Part shown: positions 58,828 to 64,000 of the stretch, piece after piece
Numbering within the stretch: position 1 is the first letter of the stretch
Layout: every line of letters begins with the position of its first letter
Made by a program: the position numbers and the translations under genes
Origin: Cyanobacteria bacterium P01_A01_bin.123
Lineage (GTDB): Bacteria > Cyanobacteriota > Cyanobacteriia > Phormidesmidales > Phormidesmidaceae
Direction: 5' to 3'
Assembly (NCBI GenBank): GCA_039815185.1
Contig: JBCBZT010000016.1
Location: 1-64,000 of the forward strand
DNA: 64,000 nt
Notes under the pieces: generated by a model
Seen by the model: the letters and a program-made list of their open reading frames with translations, nothing else
The model's database searches: none
Told to the model about the DNA's origin: nothing

Positions 58828-59930
58828 GTTTGCGAGTTATAAAAAGAGCTGACAGTGTCTATGACATAGTCCATTTCCGCTTGAGATAAATGCTGATCAC
58901 ACGGGAACGAAATAATAGTCTTCGCATGGCGATCGGATACTGGGAAATCACCCTCTTGATGATTGAGATGATCGAGCGCTGACTGACGGTAGATAGGAAT
59001 AGGATAATGAATCTTTGCTTCAATCCCATTGTCAAGACAGTATTGAAGTAACGCGTCTCGATCTTCTGCAAAAACAATATATAAATGATAGACAACTCTA
59101 AAGTCTGTGGGTCGAGGCGGTATTTTAATCCCAGGTATTACACCCAGTCCTTCATCATAATATTTAGCATTTTCAATCCGTCTTTGAGCAATGTCCTCAG
59201 TTTGAGGAATTAGCCAATTGCCAACCACTGCCTGTATTGTATCTAGCCTTGAGTTGTAGCCTAAGATTTGAACCGTATCTCGATCTAACAAACCATGATT
59301 GCGGAGTAAACGTAGCTTATCTGCGATCGCATCGTCATCGGTTACGATAATCCCGCCATCAGACCAAACATTCAAATTCTTTAGCGGATGAAGAGAAAAG
59401 GTTCCGGTGTTACCCCAAGTTCCGGCATTCTTTCCTTCAATAGCACCCAAAATTGATTGGCAGGCATCCTCAACAATTGGCAAATTGTACTTTTGAGCTA
59501 GCGGTAATAGTTGCCTCATGTCGGTCATGTAGCCTGTAAAGTGTACAGGAACGATTGCCTTCGTACGCTCTGTAATGACAGATTCAACTTGCGAAACGTC
59601 CATACAGAAAGTATCATCACAATCGACAAACACGGGTTTGGCACCGATTTCAGCGATTGCTCCAACCGTAGCGACAAATGTATTTGCAGCGGTGATTACT
59701 TCATCTCCAAATCCGACACCCAATGCTTTTAAGGACAGTTTAATCGCATCAGTGCCAGAATTAACACCGATGGCATGCTGAGTTCCAATGAGTTTTGCAA
59801 ATCTAGACTCAAATTCCTGTAGTGGCTTTCCCAGGGTAAAATCACCCGTCGGAACAAACCGTTTTAACGCTGCCCAGAGATCTTCACAATCAGCGAACTG
59901 CTGCTGGAGATAAGAATATCGAACTTGCAT
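58824..59930 (-). CDS. DegT/DnrJ/EryC1/StrS aminotransferase (second copy)
   Basis: NSGTDAI, PVHFTG, EDACQ, FSLHPLKNLN, GYNSRLD. Confidence 0.93.
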   Translation of the reverse strand: MQVRYSYLQQQFADCEDLWAALKRFVPTGDFTLGKPLQEFESRFAKLIGTQHAIGVNSGTDAIKLSLKALGVGFGDEVITAANTFVATVGAIAEIGAKPVFVDCDDTFCMDVSQVESVITERTKAIVPVHFTGYMTDMRQLLPLAQKYNLPIVEDACQSILGAIEGKNAGTWGNTGTFSLHPLKNLNVWSDGGIIVTDDDAIADKLRLLRNHGLLDRDTVQILGYNSRLDTIQAVVGNWLIPQTEDIAQRRIENAKYYDEGLGVIPGIKIPPRPTDFRVVYHLYIVFAEDRDALLQYCLDNGIEAKIHYPIPIYRQSALDHLNHQEGDFPVSDRHAKTIISFPCDQHLSQAEMDYVIDTVSSFYNSQT

Positions 59931-59933
59931 TTT

Positions 59934-60923
59934 CTACTGTAGGTTAAGGGATTGCATCCGTCGAATATTAAAGTATCGCTCATCCTCTAAGGAGTTAGGG
60001 AGTAATCCTGTTTCAAATGCGTCCTTAAGGCCCATAATCGCGTCACGAATTGTACACTTTGGCACAAAACCTAATTTATCTGCGATCTTTTTAGAAGATA
60101 TATGGTAAGAACGATTATCGTCTGTGGGTGTAACCACCAATTTCACATCGTCCCCCATCACAGCCTGAACCATTTCGGCTAGCTCCAGTACCGACTGGTT
60201 TTCATATCCCGCATTAAAGATTTCCCCCGCCACCTTTTCCGCTGGGCTGCGCAGCAAAACTAAATAGCTCTCCACCATATCAGCGATATGAATGTTGGGC
60301 CTGAGTTGTTTACCCCCAAACACGCTGATTTCTCGCTTGTGGTAAGCCAAATTCGACAGAATATTGACGACGACATCCAACCTTTGACGCGGCGAATAAC
60401 CACAGACCGTTGCCGGTCGGATCGTTACCGTTGTAAACGCTGGGGATTGATACTCAGCCAAAATTCGCTCACACTCGGCCTTAAATTTTGAGTAATCAGT
60501 CAGCGGCTCCAGAAGCATCTCCTCATGAACATTGGCTTCTTGCTTGATGCCATAGACAGACGAAGAAGACGCATAAATAAATCGCTGTATGCCAGCAGCT
60601 TGAGAAACTTCTACTAGTGGTCGAAAGGCATCCAGATTAATGGATTTTCCTAAAGTCGGGTCTAGCTCAAAACTAGGATCATTTGAGATGCAGGCGAGAT
60701 GGATTACCCCATCATGTCCCGGAACGCTTTTCTGCAACAGCTCAACATCCCGAATATCTCCTTTGATGAGGGTTAGATTGGGGTGGGGTTGTAAGACGTC
60801 CTCCCCATAAATCATCAAATCCAGAACCGTTACCGCATAGCCCTCGGCCAACAAGCGGGGAACCAATACAGCCCCCACGTAACCTGCCCCACCAGTCACA
60901 TATATGTTGCTTAACCCAGTCAT
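59934..60923 (-). CDS. NAD-dependent epimerase/dehydratase
   Basis: TGGAGYVG, HLACISNDPS, ASSSSVYG, YSKFK, RPATVCG.SPR.RLD. Confidence 0.9.
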   Translation of the reverse strand: MTGLSNIYVTGGAGYVGAVLVPRLLAEGYAVTVLDLMIYGEDVLQPHPNLTLIKGDIRDVELLQKSVPGHDGVIHLACISNDPSFELDPTLGKSINLDAFRPLVEVSQAAGIQRFIYASSSSVYGIKQEANVHEEMLLEPLTDYSKFKAECERILAEYQSPAFTTVTIRPATVCGYSPRQRLDVVVNILSNLAYHKREISVFGGKQLRPNIHIADMVESYLVLLRSPAEKVAGEIFNAGYENQSVLELAEMVQAVMGDDVKLVVTPTDDNRSYHISSKKIADKLGFVPKCTIRDAIMGLKDAFETGLLPNSLEDERYFNIRRMQSLNLQ

Positions 60924-60985
60924 TCCCTTAGTCCCCCCAATCCTCCATCATACAAAACACCTGACGCCTACTATCTCTCCGACCA

Positions 60986-61972
60986 TCAGGCGTCAGGGGT
61001 AAGATACTTGAACCAGTCTTTAGTTGCCGTTGCAATGGTTTCTGGGGTCCATACTGGTGCTTCTCTCCAGTAGTCAATTTGCTTCAAAACTTCAGCAACC
61101 CCCTGCTCAATCGAGATTTGCGGCAACCATCCTAAATCGCGTTTTACCTTACTGATATCTGCAAAGGTACAATCAGGTTCCCCTGGACGTTTGGGGATGT
61201 AAATCTTATCCCCACCCAACAACTCCACCAGCCGATTTACAGAGACTGTCTGATCGCTGCCAATGTTGTAGATCTCCCCAACGCGATCGCTTTTAGCAGC
61301 CGTTAACAACGCCGCTGCAATGTCAGTCACATAGGTAAAATCCCGAGTTTGAGTACCATCCCCCACAATGGTATAAGGCTGTCCGTTCAACTTTTGAGCT
61401 AAAAACACCCCAAAAACGGCTCCATAGGTACCCGAAGTGCGAGATCTGGGGCCATAGACATTAAAGAACCTCAAGGAGAGCGCTGGCAGTTTATAGACTT
61501 GGGCCCAGTGCATAACTAACTCTTCCCCCAGCCGCTTAGTTAAAGCATAGGGATATTGGGGCCGGATTTCAGCCGTCTCAGGGGTTGGATAAGTATCTGG
61601 AATACCATAGCAAGAAGAAGAAGCTGCATAAACAAAGCGCTTTACTTCAGCCGCTACACTAGCCTGAGCTACGTTGAAAGTGCCATTGACGTTGGCTCGA
61701 AAATAGGCATCAGGGTTCTGAATGCTGGGCACAATATCTGCCAAAGCCGCCAGATGAAAGACCCAATCAACCCCTTGAAATTGGTTGATCCAATCGCCCT
61801 GCACTGATAGATCACACTCGTAAAGATCGACTTTTGCTCGAACATGATCTAGATTTTCTGGTCGGCCAGTACTGAAATTATCCAGTACAACCACCTGATG
61901 TCCTTGAGTCAGGAGCGCATCTACTAGATGACTACCAATAAAACCGGCTCCCCCCGTGACAACAGACTTCAT
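60986..61972 (-). CDS. NAD-dependent epimerase/dehydratase
   Basis: TGGAGFIGSH, HLAALADIVPSI, ASSSCYG, YALTK, RFFNVYGPR. Confidence 0.92.
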   Translation of the reverse strand: MKSVVTGGAGFIGSHLVDALLTQGHQVVVLDNFSTGRPENLDHVRAKVDLYECDLSVQGDWINQFQGVDWVFHLAALADIVPSIQNPDAYFRANVNGTFNVAQASVAAEVKRFVYAASSSCYGIPDTYPTPETAEIRPQYPYALTKRLGEELVMHWAQVYKLPALSLRFFNVYGPRSRTSGTYGAVFGVFLAQKLNGQPYTIVGDGTQTRDFTYVTDIAAALLTAAKSDRVGEIYNIGSDQTVSVNRLVELLGGDKIYIPKRPGEPDCTFADISKVKRDLGWLPQISIEQGVAEVLKQIDYWREAPVWTPETIATATKDWFKYLTPDA

Positions 61973-61988
61973 GAAAGCTATTCCTTGC

Positions 61989-62585
61989 TTAAACGGCTAC
62001 GGCTTGGCAGTCTGCCTCTAGGTATTTAGGTGCCTCAGCACAAAGCCACTGCATACAGATATGTCCCACAATCAGCTGTAAGTCCTCTGCAATCTGCATA
62101 TCATTGACTGGAAAATGCAAAGCTACTTGTGCTAACCCCTTACACTGTCCACCAGAGAACCCCAAAATCGCAAAGGTTTTCATCCCCAGAGCGTTACCGA
62201 CTTCCAATGCCTTGACAATATTAGGCGAATTACCACTCCCCGATAGCACTACCAATACATCTCCTGGCTTTGCTTTGACCTGCAATTGATAGCTATAAAT
62301 CTCGTCATACCCTAAGTCATTGGCCAAACACGTCATGACTGCTGGATTCGCACTCAAGGCTTCCACCCTCAAGCCGCCCCCCACCTGCATTCCTGCGCCA
62401 TAGATCAAATCATTAGCCAAGTGGATAGCATTTCCAGCACTACCCCCATTGCCACAGAGATAGACGCTATTTCCACTCTTCCAAGCCGACATGAGTGCCA
62501 TTCCCAGTTGAGAAATGAGGGTTGTGGCCTCTTGTTCAAGAGCATATTGCAAGCGCTCTATGTAGCCCTGAATGTAGTTATCCAT
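61989..62585 (-). CDS. gmhA: phosphoheptose isomerase (SIS domain)
   Basis: CGNGGSA..A.H, TCLAND.GY, SGSGNSPNI, ED..L...H. Confidence 0.85.
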   Translation of the reverse strand: MDNYIQGYIERLQYALEQEATTLISQLGMALMSAWKSGNSVYLCGNGGSAGNAIHLANDLIYGAGMQVGGGLRVEALSANPAVMTCLANDLGYDEIYSYQLQVKAKPGDVLVVLSGSGNSPNIVKALEVGNALGMKTFAILGFSGGQCKGLAQVALHFPVNDMQIAEDLQLIVGHICMQWLCAEAPKYLEADCQAVAV

Positions 62586-62611
62586 AGATAGTCATTGAAA
62601 CAATTTGTCAA

Positions 62612-63184
62612 TTACTTCGTTGCCCAATTAGCCGCATCTGTGAGGTAATTCTGAATGTCAGTAAGGTCTGCAACTGTAGCTGTGGGGACAACATCCGAAG
62701 CAGGCAATGCTGTACGAGCGTAAAGAATATTACACCCAACACCCGCTGCTTGACCAGCAGCGATATCCCGATACTGGTCTCCGACAAGCACCGAACTGCT
62801 TAGGTCTAAGTTGAATGCCTGAGCCGCGGCCAAAATCATACCGGGTTGGGGCTTCCGCCAATTTGACTCTCGCTGATATTTCCCAATTCCTGCCGTAGGG
62901 TGATACGGGCAATAATAAACCTGATCAATGGGACAAGCTTGCTCTTCAAATACCGACAACATCCAGCCCGTCAACTGATAGAAATCAGCTTCTGTATAAT
63001 AACCCCGCCCAATCCCCGATTGGTTCGTGACAATGAAGAGACGATTACTCAACTGACGAGCATGGCGGCAAAGGTCAAAAATACCCTCTACGAACTCAAT
63101 CTGCTCAGGCCGATAAACATATTTCCGATCCTGATTAACAACGCCATCGCGATCTAGAAACAAAGCCCGATGCCGATTCATCAC
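62612..63184 (-). CDS. gmhB: D,D-heptose 1,7-bisphosphate phosphatase
   Basis: FLDRDGVVN, VTNQSGIGRG, CPYHP, RKPQPGM, VGD...DI.AG. Confidence 0.9.
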   Translation of the reverse strand: MMNRHRALFLDRDGVVNQDRKYVYRPEQIEFVEGIFDLCRHARQLSNRLFIVTNQSGIGRGYYTEADFYQLTGWMLSVFEEQACPIDQVYYCPYHPTAGIGKYQRESNWRKPQPGMILAAAQAFNLDLSSSVLVGDQYRDIAAGQAAGVGCNILYARTALPASDVVPTATVADLTDIQNYLTDAANWATK

Positions 63185-63202
63185 GTTGGATAATTCAACC
63201 CA

Positions 63203-64000
63203 TCAGCGATAACTTGTGCCAACCATCTTCTGAAAGCTTGGGCTGACATTCAATAGTTCCTCATAAGTGCCTTGCGCCACAATTCGACCTTGATCCAGCT
63301 CAAAAATCAGGTCGCAATGTTCAACCGTCGTTAAGCGATGGGCGATTAATAAAATTGTAAGGTTTCGATCCAGTTCATTGATTGAATCCATAACGGCTCG
63401 CTCTGTTGAGTTGTCCAAAGCACTGGTTGCTTCATCAAATACTAGAACTGAAGATTTCTTATAGAGTGCGCGAGCAATGCCGATCCGCTGCCTTTGTCCT
63501 CCCGAAATTCGAATTCCCCGCTCTCCAATTAAAGTTCTATACCCTTTTGGTTGAGATTCAATAAAATCTGCTATCTTTGCTTGTCGCGCGGCAAACTGAA
63601 CCTGCTCCAGATCGATATTATCAACGGAAACTCCCAATGCAATGTTTTCTGAAAATGTTGCATCGGTCAGAAAAATGTTCTGGGGAACATGGGAAATATT
63701 TCGCTGCCAGGCGCGCAGTTGCTGTTCATCAAGCACCCGGCCATCGATTAAAATACTGCCCTTCAAAGGGGATAAGAGACCCATCATCAAATCTAAAGTT
63801 GTGCTCTTTCCACTACCGGTAGCACCTACAAATGCCACTCTCATCCCTTTTTTAACCGTGAAGCTAAGTCCACTAAGCAGCATTGGGCCAGAATCACCAT
63901 ACCGGAAAGTTATATCTTCAAAGCAAATAGACGATTCAAACTTCAAGGGTAATGGAGTAGGCTCAGCGATCCATTTGGGCAGAGGCTGTTCAAGTAACGC
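63203..64000 (-). CDS. ABC exporter ATP-binding protein (PglK/HepA/MsbA-like), 5'-truncated by the window edge
   Basis: GATGSGKST, ISGGQRQRIGIARALY, FDEATSALD, IAHRL; frame is open to base 64000. Confidence 0.88.
   Translation of the reverse strand, partial: ALLEQPLPKWIAEPTPLPLKFESSICFEDITFRYGDSGPMLLSGLSFTVKKGMRVAFVGATGSGKSTTLDLMMGLLSPLKGSILIDGRVLDEQQLRAWQRNISHVPQNIFLTDATFSENIALGVSVDNIDLEQVQFAARQAKIADFIESQPKGYRTLIGERGIRISGGQRQRIGIARALYKKSSVLVFDEATSALDNSTERAVMDSINELDRNLTILLIAHRLTTVEHCDLIFELDQGRIVAQGTYEELLNVSPSFQKMVGTSYR

Larger units (their letters stand above)
147..61290. repeat. HIP1 octamer GCGATCGC, dispersed (cyanobacterial signature)
   Basis: About 50 copies seen by eye, e.g. 147, 4281, 5071, 5173, 34701, 42689, 53142, 61283. 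Confidence 0.9.

Noticed and set aside
1..64000. CRISPR array, tRNA/rRNA, transposase/integrase or anti-phage defence genes
   Set aside because: No regularly spaced repeats, RNA gene signatures or matching protein motifs seen; intergenic gaps are short

Overview
This is cyanobacterial chromosomal DNA: the HIP1 octamer GCGATCGC occurs roughly 50 times by manual reading. The first ~6 kb holds stress and housekeeping genes: an ECF41-type sigma factor, an SDR, a sterol-glucosyltransferase-like GT, cysK, an exported acidic protein and a GNAT. From 6.2 kb to the window edge is a very large surface-glycan locus (>57 kb, open at the right edge), almost all on the minus strand. It contains a Wzy_C ligase/OTase, WbaP, several glycosyltransferases and a PglK/HepA-type ABC exporter. 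It also holds four stacked sugar modules: (1) a CDP-6-deoxyhexose module (rfbF/rfbG, cupin epimerase, reductase); (2) an unexplained aldolase/KdsB/NeuA/dehydrogenase module; (3) a complete legionaminic acid pathway with an extra oxidoreductase-cytidylyltransferase-SDR triad suggestive of 8-epi-legionaminic acid; (4) a heptose/higher-sugar module (gmhA, gmhB, domain-swapped HldE, HddC-like, split transketolase, two aminotransferases, two C-methyltransferases, 2OG-Fe(II) oxygenase). Notable details are three uncharacterised GT-B-like proteins next to CMP-sugar synthetases, a protein resembling a degenerate serine-resolvase fold inside the sugar pathway, a 67-bp tandem copy of the ligase 3' end differing only at synonymous sites, and a ~10 kb HIP1-free, AT-rich segment. 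No rRNA, tRNA, CRISPR array or transposase was recognised. All family calls come from motif recognition by eye; no searches were run.
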